Shown here: positions 48,748 through 58,950 of the stretch, one piece after another | Position numbering within the stretch: the stretch's first letter is position 1 | Layout of the letters: each line of letters begins with the position of its first letter | Assembly (NCBI GenBank): GCA_965140445.1 | Contig: OZ223236.1 | Span: forward strand, 5,024,001 to 5,088,000 | Length of the DNA: 64,000 nt | Source: Candidatus Ozemobacteraceae bacterium | Lineage (GTDB): Bacteria > Muiribacteriota > Ozemobacteria > Ozemobacterales > Ozemobacteraceae | Direction: 5' to 3' | Notes under the pieces: model-generated | Seen by the model: the letters and a program-made list of their open reading frames with translations, nothing else | Told to the model about the DNA's origin: nothing | The model's database searches: none | Program-made: the position numbers and the translations under genes

Positions 48748-51093
48748 GTGAGTGAAGTAGATAATCTAAGTCTTGAACTTCAAGCGCCTATCAAAACATT
48801 TAGAGTTTTCGCGATCGAAAAAATTATAAAAAGCGGAAACTCTATTGAGTTGCTAAATCTTTTAAAACAAACCAGACCTTACGAAGAAGATCTTGAATGT
48901 CAAATGCTGATTGACCATGCAATCTCAACTCTTGAAAATAGATTAAACAAAACAAAAACAAAAAAAATTGATTTAAAAGAGATTCAAAAAAACTATCCTG
49001 GAACATTACCTCAATTTCAATTGAAACTTCTGGGAAATCTTAGATTAGAACCATTAGAAGAAGACGTGAGAATAAAACTGATCCGCTTTCTTCTAAAAAA
49101 TACCAAACACCCGGTTGTTGTTGCGCAAATTATAAAGAGATTTCATAAATTTTGGCCCAAAAAGGATCTCGGCTTTTTTGAAAAAAATCTTTTTGCAAAG
49201 TCTCCAAGCATGCAGTTAGCAAGTCTAGAAGCCTTAATTAATGAAGCACCAAATCGTCTCATTAATCATTTTGAAAAGCTCGTATTATCCGAAGATCCAT
49301 TAATCAGAGCAATGGCTATCAGGGCACTGGCAAAGAAATCCCCTGAAATTGCAGCTGAATTTCTCGCTGATTTTCTAAAAAAAGGGGAAAAATTTGGTAA
49401 ATCAGCTGCACTTAGCGTCTGTACCATTATGCCTTTTAACCTCGTTAAGCAAAGTCTGGTAGAATTTATTCTAGTAGAAAATGAACCATCAATGTATGAA
49501 TTGGCAGGCACAATTTTCATTGCCAATCCAGACAAGGAAATCCCTTATCGTCTCTATGACGTAATGGATAAGTCAGAAAAAAAGAAAAAGGCCTACCTGA
49601 ACAAGCTAATAAAATCCTGTTGCTCAATAATCAAAGCCTCAGGAATTTGTCCAGACTATCCAGACTACGTCAAACAACTGACCTCTTACATAAGTGAGAA
49701 ACAGTCTAAAGCATTTATTGGCGGATGCCTCTCTCTATACCAGGATGCTTCAGAAAATAGAAAACAAGAAATTCAAGCACGCCTTCACGAATATGCGGAA
49801 ACAGAAAATGGCCGCATAGCAATGGAAAAATGGCTAAAAAATAATTCAGAGCACGAACTCTCTGATGTGATAAAACAAACCCTGAATAAAACTCCAGAAA
49901 AACAGGAAAAACAGGAGAAACAGGACTTTTCGGTTGAAGAACATCTCAAAGCACCTCCTGAAAAGCTTTTGCGAACCCTGATTAACATAAGGCGACTTAA
50001 AGAAAAAGCGGGAGAGGAGCTTATTTCAGCTGTTTTAGATGACAAATCATTTCCAGTAGAAATAAAAGCCGCTGCTTTGCGTGCAGCTGTTTTTGTAGAA
50101 CTTCAGGGATATACCAACAAGGCAATTTCATGGCTAAAAAGTGAAAATGAGGATCTCATTTCTTCAAGTTTTGAGTATCTTGCACGCTTCGATTCCGATT
50201 CCTTTTTCCTGCAGCTTCGCAACCATGTTAATAGTAGATCCTTCATTGTAAGAACAACCCTGATAAAACTGGCAAGCAAGCAATCCCCTGAAGTTGCAAA
50301 ATCAATACTGGACTCAATGCTCAAAGACGACAGTGCTGACGTAAGAAAAAGAGGACTTGGTTCAATAGTTTTATTTGAATTTTCTTTTGTTAAAGAACTG
50401 CTTTTAACCTACATGGAAAAAGAACATCAAAAAGATTTACTAAAAATCTGTCTTTCATTTTTCCAGATGAATCCGATGCTTGAAAGTGTTTGGGAACTAA
50501 CCCAACTTTCTGAAACCTCTAAGTATCCTAACACCGTAAAAAATGCTATTGGCGCTGTAATGGATAATCTTGAAATTTTTAAAATTGCTTCCAGAGAAGA
50601 AATAGACCTTTTCATAAGCATGAAAAAAACCAAAGCTAGTCAAATACAGGCTGAGGAAGAAGATATACAGAAAAAAGCCTTAGAGGCTATCAAAAACAAA
50701 ATTGATTGGGCAAAAATCTCAAATACTTTTTCGGGAGTTTCAGAATATTCTGGCGCCTTAAAAAAATTGTCCATTGGGATTGTTTTAATAATCGCACTCT
50801 TTTGGTTTTTAACCTCAGATGGCGGTAATTCAGAAGCTGCAAAAGAGCTAAATTACCAGCCAGTAGTTGCAATACGAACAGACTATAAAATAATTGTTCA
50901 AAAAACGAACCTCGATGGCGGTTCAATCCTGGCCAAAACGGATAAAGGGAAAAAACTGATTCTTCTTCCAAGACCTGGAAAAAGCTTCACTGTATTGCCA
51001 GGAGATAAATTACAGCTCTCCGCGATGCCTTTTAAAAAAGCACCAGACGGAACTTTAATTGTAAAGACTATAAAACTTTTACGACAAAATTAA
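48748..51093 (+). CDS. HEAT/ARM-repeat protein with C-terminal TM and small beta domain
   Basis: Repeated helical units (DPLIRAMAIRAL, DDSADVRKRGL); TM near the C-terminus; GTG 48748 follows GGAG (TTG 48706 alternative). Confidence 0.75.
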   Translation: MSEVDNLSLELQAPIKTFRVFAIEKIIKSGNSIELLNLLKQTRPYEEDLECQMLIDHAISTLENRLNKTKTKKIDLKEIQKNYPGTLPQFQLKLLGNLRLEPLEEDVRIKLIRFLLKNTKHPVVVAQIIKRFHKFWPKKDLGFFEKNLFAKSPSMQLASLEALINEAPNRLINHFEKLVLSEDPLIRAMAIRALAKKSPEIAAEFLADFLKKGEKFGKSAALSVCTIMPFNLVKQSLVEFILVENEPSMYELAGTIFIANPDKEIPYRLYDVMDKSEKKKKAYLNKLIKSCCSIIKASGICPDYPDYVKQLTSYISEKQSKAFIGGCLSLYQDASENRKQEIQARLHEYAETENGRIAMEKWLKNNSEHELSDVIKQTLNKTPEKQEKQEKQDFSVEEHLKAPPEKLLRTLINIRRLKEKAGEELISAVLDDKSFPVEIKAAALRAAVFVELQGYTNKAISWLKSENEDLISSSFEYLARFDSDSFFLQLRNHVNSRSFIVRTTLIKLASKQSPEVAKSILDSMLKDDSADVRKRGLGSIVLFEFSFVKELLLTYMEKEHQKDLLKICLSFFQMNPMLESVWELTQLSETSKYPNTVKNAIGAVMDNLEIFKIASREEIDLFISMKKTKASQIQAEEEDIQKKALEAIKNKIDWAKISNTFSGVSEYSGALKKLSIGIVLIIALFWFLTSDGGNSEAAKELNYQPVVAIRTDYKIIVQKTNLDGGSILAKTDKGKKLILLPRPGKSFTVLPGDKLQLSAMPFKKAPDGTLIVKTIKLLRQN

Positions 51094-51149
51094 ATTTTCT
51101 GTTATCTTCTTTTTACTAAATCGTAATTAATAATAGAAGGACAAATTGA

Positions 51150-51653
51150 GTGAACAACGAAGCTGAACTCTCGGGCCTCATCGAAGAAACTTACAGATCA
51201 CTGAATGTTTTTCTGAGATATCTGGGCCTACCAGACAGCGACATAGACGACATGATGCAGGAGGTTTACCTAAAAGCCTTCAAGGCCTATGATCGCTATG
51301 ATGCTTCGCGCTCTTTTAAGTCCTGGCTGTTTTCTATCGCTAAGAACACCTTTATTGATTGGACTAGAAAAGAAAAGACTAAGCAAAAATATTTGCAAAT
51401 GAATTTGGCTGAAAAATTTAATGAAGGTTTTGAAGGTGAAACAAACAGTAAGATCGCTGTTGAAAGAATCTTAAAAGATCTTGATGAAGACGAACAGGTG
51501 CTAATCGAGTTGAGATTTTTTCAGAATTTGCCGTTTAAAGAGATTGCCGAACTGGTCGGAATCTCCTCTGGAGCTGTAAAAATGAGGGTTCTAAGAATCC
51601 TTAAAAAAATTAAAGATAATTGGAACAGGTGTGAAAATGTCCAAAATCTGTGA
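51150..51653 (+). CDS. ECF RNA polymerase sigma-70 factor
   Basis: DDMMQEVYLKAF...FKSWLFSIAKN; LPFKEIAELVGISSGAVKMR. Confidence 0.92.
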   Translation: MNNEAELSGLIEETYRSLNVFLRYLGLPDSDIDDMMQEVYLKAFKAYDRYDASRSFKSWLFSIAKNTFIDWTRKEKTKQKYLQMNLAEKFNEGFEGETNSKIAVERILKDLDEDEQVLIELRFFQNLPFKEIAELVGISSGAVKMRVLRILKKIKDNWNRCENVQNL

Positions 51654-52473
51654 AAGCTTTATTGAGGAACTCAGTTCTCCAGCCAACTCTCATTCAAGAG
51701 AGCTAAAGGCTCATCTTGCCGCGTGCCCGGAATGCAAAATGATGGCCGAATCTCTCGCAGCGTTTACTGCAGCTAGAGCTCCGCTCTCTATTGCTGAGCA
51801 AGCAAGCATTCATAAAATGACCACACTTGTTCAAAATAGCTTATCAACAGTAACAGCAAATGACATACCTTCGTCCGCCACTCAAGCAGCAAAAACAGGC
51901 ATTACAAAAATTATTGCCGGATTAGTCGCCGTTGCAGGAATACTTTCCGCAGGCTTGTTCTTTCACGGTCACTCAAACAAGAATTTGCCAGAAACAAGCA
52001 CAAAGCAGCCAGCCATAGAAAGCACACTTCCAGAAACAGAAGTTATTACTAAGAAAGAACTGAAAACTAATTTTGAAAAAGGTCAAAAACTATCAATAGG
52101 TAAGGATTCTGAGGTTAATTTTATTGAAAATTCAACCCTTAAAAAAGTTTCCGAAAATAACATTGATTTCGCATCAGGGAAAATATCTGCAAAATACAGC
52201 GGTATGGACGGTACATATGTATTAAAAACTCCAGATGCCGACTTCGAAATCATGAATGCAAAGTTTGAATGTTCAATTCAGAATGGTATAGTATCTTTAA
52301 AGGTTTTGAGCGGAATTGTAAAGGTTCAGCCCAAAAATGGTCAAAAGGCTCAGGAATTAAAACAAGGACAGCTCTGGGAAAGCCAAATAGAAGAAAATGT
52401 TAGCGAAAATTCCAGAACGCTAATAGTAAACCCAGGGGAAGAAGAAATAAACCTACCAGATGGGGAAAATTAG
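51637..52473 (+). CDS. Zinc-binding anti-sigma factor with TM and FecR-like C-terminal domain
   Basis: C...HLAACPEC ZAS motif; TM IIAGLVAVAGILSAGLFF; beta-rich KTPDA...LKVLSGIVKV. Confidence 0.8.
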   Translation: MSKICESFIEELSSPANSHSRELKAHLAACPECKMMAESLAAFTAARAPLSIAEQASIHKMTTLVQNSLSTVTANDIPSSATQAAKTGITKIIAGLVAVAGILSAGLFFHGHSNKNLPETSTKQPAIESTLPETEVITKKELKTNFEKGQKLSIGKDSEVNFIENSTLKKVSENNIDFASGKISAKYSGMDGTYVLKTPDADFEIMNAKFECSIQNGIVSLKVLSGIVKVQPKNGQKAQELKQGQLWESQIEENVSENSRTLIVNPGEEEINLPDGEN

Positions 52474-54544
52474 TTATAGCACAGATTCAAGCATCGAAAA
52501 ATATATTTCGATAGCCAACAACAGAAGGGGCGTGGTGTTTTACATTGTCCTTTCTGTTGTTGTAATTATGGGAATTTTCATCCTTTTCTATCACACATTC
52601 TCAAGACAACTGGCATTCTCTTCTTTCTATCATGTAAACAGGGATAAGCTCAGAAATGTTACTGATGTAATTCTTGATTCCTCATTCAACTACCTCCAGA
52701 AAGAAACAAGTGATTCTACCAGCAGCCTGTCAAAAAAGATTGTCGACATTATGGCAGACAGAACAACCGACAGAACTCTGCCACTAGTTGCACCCCTTTT
52801 TGAAGAATATAAGGACTCTCTTCTTCAGGGAGCAAAGCTTGAATATAAGGTTGAGGGAAATGTTTTTGATAGAAGAACATCAAATCAGCGAGGACACTCT
52901 TACCATAAAGGTGAAGGACTGGGAACCGTTGAAATAGCATTAAAAGCTGCCCTCAAAACTCCCGGCGGAAAAACACTTGCCTCCTGTAAACGGGTTCGGC
53001 ATTTTGATTTCAAATCTGCCTGCATTGTCTCAAGCTACAAAACCCGAGAAAATTCATACGCCATGTCATTTCCATTAGATTATTCTATTTTGGTTAGAGA
53101 TGGTTTGAGGGAATTCAAAGACGGATACCGTGGACTAAGATACAATTCAGGAAAGAAAATAGAATTGGCGGACCAAAGCTCAATCCCGGAAGGAAAAAGA
53201 GGATGGGTGTATTTTGGAAAAGCTGATGTAAACGACAACAATTCCAGAATATTTTTGAATGTTTCAAACGAAATGAACAGCATGGATGCAATTCTTCCAG
53301 CATTAGGGGTTAGCAGTTTTGAAATTGGGCACGAAGAATGCATGCAATTGCTTAGCATCGTGGAAAATGGCTTTACCTTAGAAAATCTTAAAGGAAAATT
53401 TACTGCTTACATAGTACCCGCAGCCCGTACAAGTGGAGATATGAAGCCAAAAGAAGAAGATGCAAGATCAATTTTATCAATGGTTCCAGGTGGCAAAAAA
53501 ACAGAGCAAAAACCTGCCTTTTTAGATGTAAAAGGACCTGTCTCCAAAAGCTATCTCGAAAGTATTTTCAGAGGTGCAATAAACCAGAAGTTTATGTATA
53601 TGGTTCATTTTAAACTTGATACCTCATCTGCCATAGCCAAAGCTGGCGGGAAGACTGTCCCGATTTATTCAATCACCCAGGCCCGCCTCAAGCTTGAAGT
53701 GGCAGGAAACTTCATATGCTTCTCACCTGATGACCCATTTTTTACCGACTCAGCAAACCAAAGTCTGCCCGGCTTCGGCCTCTTATTAGACAACATGAGA
53801 AAAGTAAAGTCACTTGCAGATACCAAGTCGCCTCCAATTTCTCTTTATTCATCCATGAACGAAAAGCACATGATATACTCCGGGCAAACCTACTCAGAAA
53901 GCCCCTCTGCTGACATATTTGGGGTAAAGCCAAAATTCTTTTCGAGAAATGGCTCGCAACTTAGCGACCTGACTCTCACAGGAGGGGATGGATTTAGACC
54001 TTTCCGCCACTGTACCCTTTATTCATCAAGATTTATTAAGTTAAAGGACTTTGAAGATAGTCCAATTTATGACAAAAAAGAAGGAATCCTAAACCTTAGA
54101 GGGATTCACAGCATTGAATTTGATCATTTAACTTTAAAAGCTCCAGCAGGGAAAAAATTTATCACAGTCCGCGGCAGGGGCGCACTTTTAGTACCAAATG
54201 GTTTTACAATTCAGTGTGGAATCAAACTTGAAGACCCAGATAAAGATCTTTGCATATTATTTACAAGAGCCGGGTCAATAAGAGTAGCAACTTCAGAAAA
54301 AATAGAAGCCGCATTACTGGCCTTTAACGATTCAAATAGCGCATCAATATTCCCATCCAACCCACTTAACGTCAAGGGCTGCATAGGAGTTGATAAACTT
54401 TACCTTGATAGATATCCTCTAACGGCTGGAGTTATTGAATACGACCCAAGATTTAAAGCTGAATCCGCCAATGACGAAATCTTTACAGTAAACCTTTCTC
54501 CATGGATAAGATTTGATGATATTAACTTTGCAAAAGAGGGCTAA
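52460..54544 (+). CDS. Large PilX/GspK-like protein
   Basis: RRG|VVFYIVLSVVVIMGIFILF prepilin-like leader lacking Glu+5; overlaps both neighbours. Confidence 0.65.
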   Translation: MGKISYSTDSSIEKYISIANNRRGVVFYIVLSVVVIMGIFILFYHTFSRQLAFSSFYHVNRDKLRNVTDVILDSSFNYLQKETSDSTSSLSKKIVDIMADRTTDRTLPLVAPLFEEYKDSLLQGAKLEYKVEGNVFDRRTSNQRGHSYHKGEGLGTVEIALKAALKTPGGKTLASCKRVRHFDFKSACIVSSYKTRENSYAMSFPLDYSILVRDGLREFKDGYRGLRYNSGKKIELADQSSIPEGKRGWVYFGKADVNDNNSRIFLNVSNEMNSMDAILPALGVSSFEIGHEECMQLLSIVENGFTLENLKGKFTAYIVPAARTSGDMKPKEEDARSILSMVPGGKKTEQKPAFLDVKGPVSKSYLESIFRGAINQKFMYMVHFKLDTSSAIAKAGGKTVPIYSITQARLKLEVAGNFICFSPDDPFFTDSANQSLPGFGLLLDNMRKVKSLADTKSPPISLYSSMNEKHMIYSGQTYSESPSADIFGVKPKFFSRNGSQLSDLTLTGGDGFRPFRHCTLYSSRFIKLKDFEDSPIYDKKEGILNLRGIHSIEFDHLTLKAPAGKKFITVRGRGALLVPNGFTIQCGIKLEDPDKDLCILFTRAGSIRVATSEKIEAALLAFNDSNSASIFPSNPLNVKGCIGVDKLYLDRYPLTAGVIEYDPRFKAESANDEIFTVNLSPWIRFDDINFAKEG

Positions 54545-55004
54545 AACTAGAATCTCAAAAGGATTTTCACTCGTTGAAATCCTTATTGGTTCTATCATTC
54601 TACAAATTGCTCTTCTATCCTTCTTTTTGATAAACCAGGCTTCCAATTCTCAAAGCATGGATGCTTACTACGAATTTTTAGGCTGTTCATTAGGCAAAGA
54701 AGTATTGGAACTTTGCCAGGGAATGGAATATGAATGGGCCAAGAACTATAAAGATAAACAGGATCTTTTCCCCTTATCTACATGGCATGGAGTTCTCGAA
54801 AAACCAATCTTTGATAAAACAACCTACTTTAGAGAATGTGGAGCTTTTGAAAGAAAGATCTCTTTTTCTCCGGTTTTAAAAGATGGGAATGGAATACTTG
54901 TAACTGTTGACATTAGAGTGAAAGAAGAAGGTAAGGTCAAAACATGGCTTAGCCGTAATAAGTTAAGTTTTTCTACCATAGTCATGGAGAAGCCAATGTT
55001 ATGA
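54513..55004 (+). CDS. Prepilin-type minor pilin (PilV/GspI-like)
   Basis: KG|FSLVEILIG N-terminal cleavage/methylation motif. Confidence 0.8.
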   Translation: MMILTLQKRAKTRISKGFSLVEILIGSIILQIALLSFFLINQASNSQSMDAYYEFLGCSLGKEVLELCQGMEYEWAKNYKDKQDLFPLSTWHGVLEKPIFDKTTYFRECGAFERKISFSPVLKDGNGILVTVDIRVKEEGKVKTWLSRNKLSFSTIVMEKPML

Positions 55005-55738
55005 TAAATAAACGAGCATTCACTTTAATAGAGCTTCTTGTGGTATGCGGAGTCTTGATGGTCATCCTTGTTCCAACCTACCGCATACTGTCTCACGGCA
55101 GCAAGTCGGCGATGCAGGGTGTTGCCAGAAACAATGTGGTAATGCTTGGACAGCAGATATTGGGCCAGATAAAGGCCGATCTGGCTTTATCTTGTTTTGT
55201 ATATAAAGATGGCGAATCCATGGGAATTAACGACATTTTTACAGAAAAAACAATCTCAGACTCTATTGAATACTCATTTTTCACTTTTAGCGGCGGCAAA
55301 ACCGAGGACAAAGTCCTTCCTACCGAATCCGGTGGAGAAAGTTACAGAAGGTTCAATAAAATCACATACATCCTCAGTAAAGCCAAAGTTGAGCCCTTTA
55401 AAAAGCTTGAAAGAATGATAAGTTATCATCCGGCTAATCCCTCAGGGAAAGTAGATACCAAAAAGCTCATTACTGATAAAGCAAATTTCTTCGAGATCCG
55501 CCCAGTTACCGTCACCTCCAATGGGATTTCAAAGAGCTTTTTCAGAATTTCCTTGCAGCTAATTGATCAAAAGAGTCCAGGAAAACCTATTTCGACGCTA
55601 CCAGATGGAACAGTAGACCCATCTCAATTTTTTATAGCTGATTTCGTAGACACTGTAAATCCAGCAATTCTTAATTCTATTTTGGGCAACCCTGGCTTAA
55701 ATAGAAACTGGTATACCGACCCATCAGACAAGGATTAG
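55001..55738 (+). CDS. Prepilin-type minor pilin (PilW/GspJ-like)
   Basis: KRA|FTLIELLVV motif; ATGA overlap. Confidence 0.85.
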   Translation: MINKRAFTLIELLVVCGVLMVILVPTYRILSHGSKSAMQGVARNNVVMLGQQILGQIKADLALSCFVYKDGESMGINDIFTEKTISDSIEYSFFTFSGGKTEDKVLPTESGGESYRRFNKITYILSKAKVEPFKKLERMISYHPANPSGKVDTKKLITDKANFFEIRPVTVTSNGISKSFFRISLQLIDQKSPGKPISTLPDGTVDPSQFFIADFVDTVNPAILNSILGNPGLNRNWYTDPSDKD

Positions 55739-55996
55739 TGATTCCTCTATTTATCAAATGTATAGAGAAGAGCTGGCAAATCTTGAACAATCGCCTACAA
55801 TCAGATCTATATTCAGCAAACTCCCCGGAATAAAAATGCCTGCGCTACTGGATTTTTGTATGTAGCAAAAAAATCATGGCTTTCCTTTTTCTCTTTCATA
55901 AGAAAAATCCCTGCTTCCTTTTTTCTACGTAACAACCACAAAAATACGCTGTTAAGAAGATTCTTCAAATGTTTTTAACCAAGCTTATTTACCAAT

Positions 55997-56041
55997 AAAA
56001 AAAGAACCGATGGAAGTTTCATTTCCCATCGGTTCTTTTTT
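55997..56041. terminator. Bidirectional rho-independent terminator
   Basis: aaaaaagaaccgatgg...ccatcggttctttttt. Confidence 0.9.
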
Positions 56042-56054
56042 ATCTGTGACTATT

Positions 56055-56990
56055 TTACTTCAGAGCACCAAGCTTCTTTAAAGAGATATTGCCCTTTGCA
56101 CCTTTTAAGTAATCTGCATTAACAACAAACGCCTGATCGTTATCAACGGCGATACAGCGATTAATGTAATAAGGTCGGATATAATCATATTTATTCAGGA
56201 TTTCTCCGGTTTTTGAGAAGGTAAACAGCTGTTCCAGTCTTGGATTTCCCAAAGCAGGAATAAAGGAAACTATCAGCTCCCCATTCTTCAAAACAGACCA
56301 CACTCTAGGATTTTGCATCTGTTTAAGCCCAAGAATATTTCTGGAAACTTCCTTGCCTGAAGAAGAAAAAACAACGTGAATATTTCCATCTGATTCATTG
56401 TATTCAATAACATGTAGGTTATCGTTTCCATCAACAGCAAACCCGGTACATCCCCATTCTATTTTGCGTATTGCTTTACCACTTGAGGAGAAAACCGATA
56501 TTTTTGCCTGAGAGAAATCTCCAACATAAAGCTGTCCAGAGCTATCGCAAGCAAGTTGATCAACCTGACCACAGCCATTTGCAGTCTGAGGAACTCTTGC
56601 TAATTCTTTTCCGCTAAGATCAAAACGAACCAAAGTATTAGAAACTCTTTCACTTATCCAAACGCTTACCGGCTCATTTTTAGAATCAAGTTGAACAGCA
56701 AAATCATCAATAAATTCACCAGAATTAAAGCCAGGAACTTTAATGCTCTTTTCAAGTTTGTTTTCAGCGCCAAAAATTAATATGCGTCCTGACACCGAGT
56801 CAGTAACCCACAAGCGATCAGAAATAACTCTAAAGGCATGAGGTCCAAGAGGAAAGTCCTCTGGTCCTACCGGAGCCTTAAATGTAACTTCTGACGGCTT
56901 ATTGCCGAACCCTATAGCCCATTGACTATGTGCTGAAACAGTTAACCCCATGAAAAGGCTAAGAATTACTGGTATAAGAATTTTTCGCAT
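56055..56990 (-). CDS. Secreted NHL-repeat beta-propeller protein
   Basis: Signal peptide; LWVTDS, LACDSSGQLYVGD, FAVDGNDNLHV repeats. Confidence 0.8.
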   Translation of the reverse strand: MRKILIPVILSLFMGLTVSAHSQWAIGFGNKPSEVTFKAPVGPEDFPLGPHAFRVISDRLWVTDSVSGRILIFGAENKLEKSIKVPGFNSGEFIDDFAVQLDSKNEPVSVWISERVSNTLVRFDLSGKELARVPQTANGCGQVDQLACDSSGQLYVGDFSQAKISVFSSSGKAIRKIEWGCTGFAVDGNDNLHVIEYNESDGNIHVVFSSSGKEVSRNILGLKQMQNPRVWSVLKNGELIVSFIPALGNPRLEQLFTFSKTGEILNKYDYIRPYYINRCIAVDNDQAFVVNADYLKGAKGNISLKKLGALK

Positions 56991-57008
56991 TTCAGATTTC
57001 CTTGAACA

Positions 57009-57743
57009 CTAAGCTTTTCGTAATACCTGGGTGATTGGCATATAGTTGATTGAATGCAATCTTGGTCTTCTTTCTGATGAACTATTTGACATCGCCTGAA
57101 AGGTATTACCATTCTTTACTATAATACCAATATGTCTACCAGGTCCACGACTTGTTGTCCATGTTACCACATCACCTTCTTGATAAGGTGGAACACTAAC
57201 AGCTCTCCACCCCTTTGAGCGAAGGTCAGACACAACGCCATCACAGTTCAAATTAATTCTTGTTACTGCTCCTGCAGCCTTTAGCGCTGTAGTTACGACT
57301 TGAGCACAACCAAGGTTGCCTCCCTGGGTTGCTGGATCGTATGGGAAAGAACCTCTGGCAGAATATCTACTTACGAGATTTAGTGCTGCAGATTGAATTT
57401 GTCGTCCAAGAGCTGTTCCACCTGAGCTGGTATTATTGGTGTTCGTATTGTTTCCCAGGTTTTCTTGATCACCTGCATTGGTTATAGCGACCTGTCCATT
57501 TGTGTTTGCAGTTGTATTATCTGTGTTTGTTGTATTTCCAGTGTTAGTATTGTTAACAGCACCGCCCACAGTGTTTATAGCATTTCCAACGTTCTGAACT
57601 ACATCCTGAATAGCTGGAACAGCCTGCTGAATACCATTAGCAACCTGTGTTACCGTATCCATAATACTGCTCATATCGCAGCCCGTCATGAATACCGAAG
57701 CACACAACAAGAAAAACATTGATAACCTTTTTGCAATACGCAT
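57009..57743 (-). CDS. Lipoprotein with C-terminal NlpC/P60-like (CHAP/amidase-type) domain
   Basis: Lipobox VFMTGC; Asn/Thr-rich linker; NLGCAQVVTTAL, GDVV, RHIGI (Cys-His dyad). Confidence 0.75.
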   Translation of the reverse strand: MRIAKRLSMFFLLCASVFMTGCDMSSIMDTVTQVANGIQQAVPAIQDVVQNVGNAINTVGGAVNNTNTGNTTNTDNTTANTNGQVAITNAGDQENLGNNTNTNNTSSGGTALGRQIQSAALNLVSRYSARGSFPYDPATQGGNLGCAQVVTTALKAAGAVTRINLNCDGVVSDLRSKGWRAVSVPPYQEGDVVTWTTSRGPGRHIGIIVKNGNTFQAMSNSSSERRPRLHSINYMPITQVLRKA

Positions 57744-57813
57744 AATCCATACTCCTAAATAATTTTTGGCCTATTTTTTCTATTAAGTTTTTTTGAAAAC
57801 AAAACCTGAGAAA

Positions 57814-58401
57814 TTAGTTTCCGAAAAGCCCACCAAACAAGTCAGTAACCTTATCTTTAACAGTTGAATATGCTCCCGCCAGTCTATCCATTATTCCCTG
57901 GCTCTGTGGCGCCTGACTATTAATATCCTGTAGTCTTTGATTCAAATCGGCATTGCGCAAAGCACTTTGTGCTTGCTGTGCAATATCAGAAACCTGAGTT
58001 ACTGCATTGGTTACATTATTAACCGTATTCTGAATCTGAGAGATTTGTTCGTTATCACCAGCCGAAACAACAGGAGCCGTTGGCGCATTAGTTGCATTTG
58101 TTTCGGTATTAGTTGTGGGTGAAGCCGCTGTATTATTAGAAGTAGCAGCTGGAGCATTCGCAGTATTGTTAGTAGCTGCAGCTGGAGCATTTGCTGTATT
58201 TTGAACACTATTTACAGTATTTTGCACCTGATTAACAGCGTCTCCAACAGTGCTGATCACTTGCTGAATCTGAGGAACAGCTTGCTGAATTCCATCTGCA
58301 ACCTTAGTTACTGTGTCCATGATACTACTCACGTCACAACCGGTTAAAAACACAGACAAAACCAAAGCAACCAAAACTGAAATTTTTCTTAGCTTTTTCA
58401 T
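57814..58401 (-). CDS. Low-complexity lipoprotein, paralog of the neighbouring gene's N-terminus
   Basis: Lipobox VFLTGC; DVSSIMDTVTKVADGIQQAVPQIQ; GGAGG RBS. Confidence 0.8.
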   Translation of the reverse strand: MKKLRKISVLVALVLSVFLTGCDVSSIMDTVTKVADGIQQAVPQIQQVISTVGDAVNQVQNTVNSVQNTANAPAAATNNTANAPAATSNNTAASPTTNTETNATNAPTAPVVSAGDNEQISQIQNTVNNVTNAVTQVSDIAQQAQSALRNADLNQRLQDINSQAPQSQGIMDRLAGAYSTVKDKVTDLFGGLFGN

Positions 58402-58476
58402 AAATCCTCCAGCGTTCTTGTAAACCTTGCTACTACATATAAATACGCTTGAGGATACCTAAGGTAACAATTTTTT

Positions 58477-58842
58477 TTAACATTCTTTAAGACATGCAAT
58501 TGCACTCTCTAGAGTCTTCTCGTGAATAGCAATTGGAATAATACCAGAAACAGTAAAAAGAGTTTCTTTTATTGAATCCAACCCGCAAAGAGCAACTGTT
58601 CCTTCATAATCCTGATCAATCAGAAGGATTGCATCAAGCAATTCTCCCATCCCAAGGCTATTTATGATTATACAATCTGTGAAATCAAAAACAAACTTCA
58701 ACATGCCTTTGCCTGCAAGTTCTGAAACTTTGGGCTTCATCTCAACTACATTTGCATCTGTACAATAACCCTTAAATGAAAAAACCGGATATCCCTGCTC
58801 AATAGATATTTCCAGTTTTCCGCTTTCATCAGTAGTACTCAA
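58477..58842 (-). CDS. STAS-domain anti-sigma factor antagonist
   Basis: FVFDFTDCIIINSLGMGEL phosphoacceptor motif; AGGAGG RBS before TTG. Confidence 0.85.
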   Translation of the reverse strand: MSTTDESGKLEISIEQGYPVFSFKGYCTDANVVEMKPKVSELAGKGMLKFVFDFTDCIIINSLGMGELLDAILLIDQDYEGTVALCGLDSIKETLFTVSGIIPIAIHEKTLESAIACLKEC

Positions 58843-58950
58843 CGAATTACCTCCTGAGGCTTAAAACAAAACAAGATTAACATACTTATTACCACTTTTT
58901 TTAGTTAAAAGCCAGAAAACTTAAATACTAGCCTTTGCTAAGATTTCCAA

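Noticed and set aside
55739..55996. Short ORFs (28-35 aa) in the gap after the pilin genes
   Set aside because: No convincing RBS or recognisable motif on either strand
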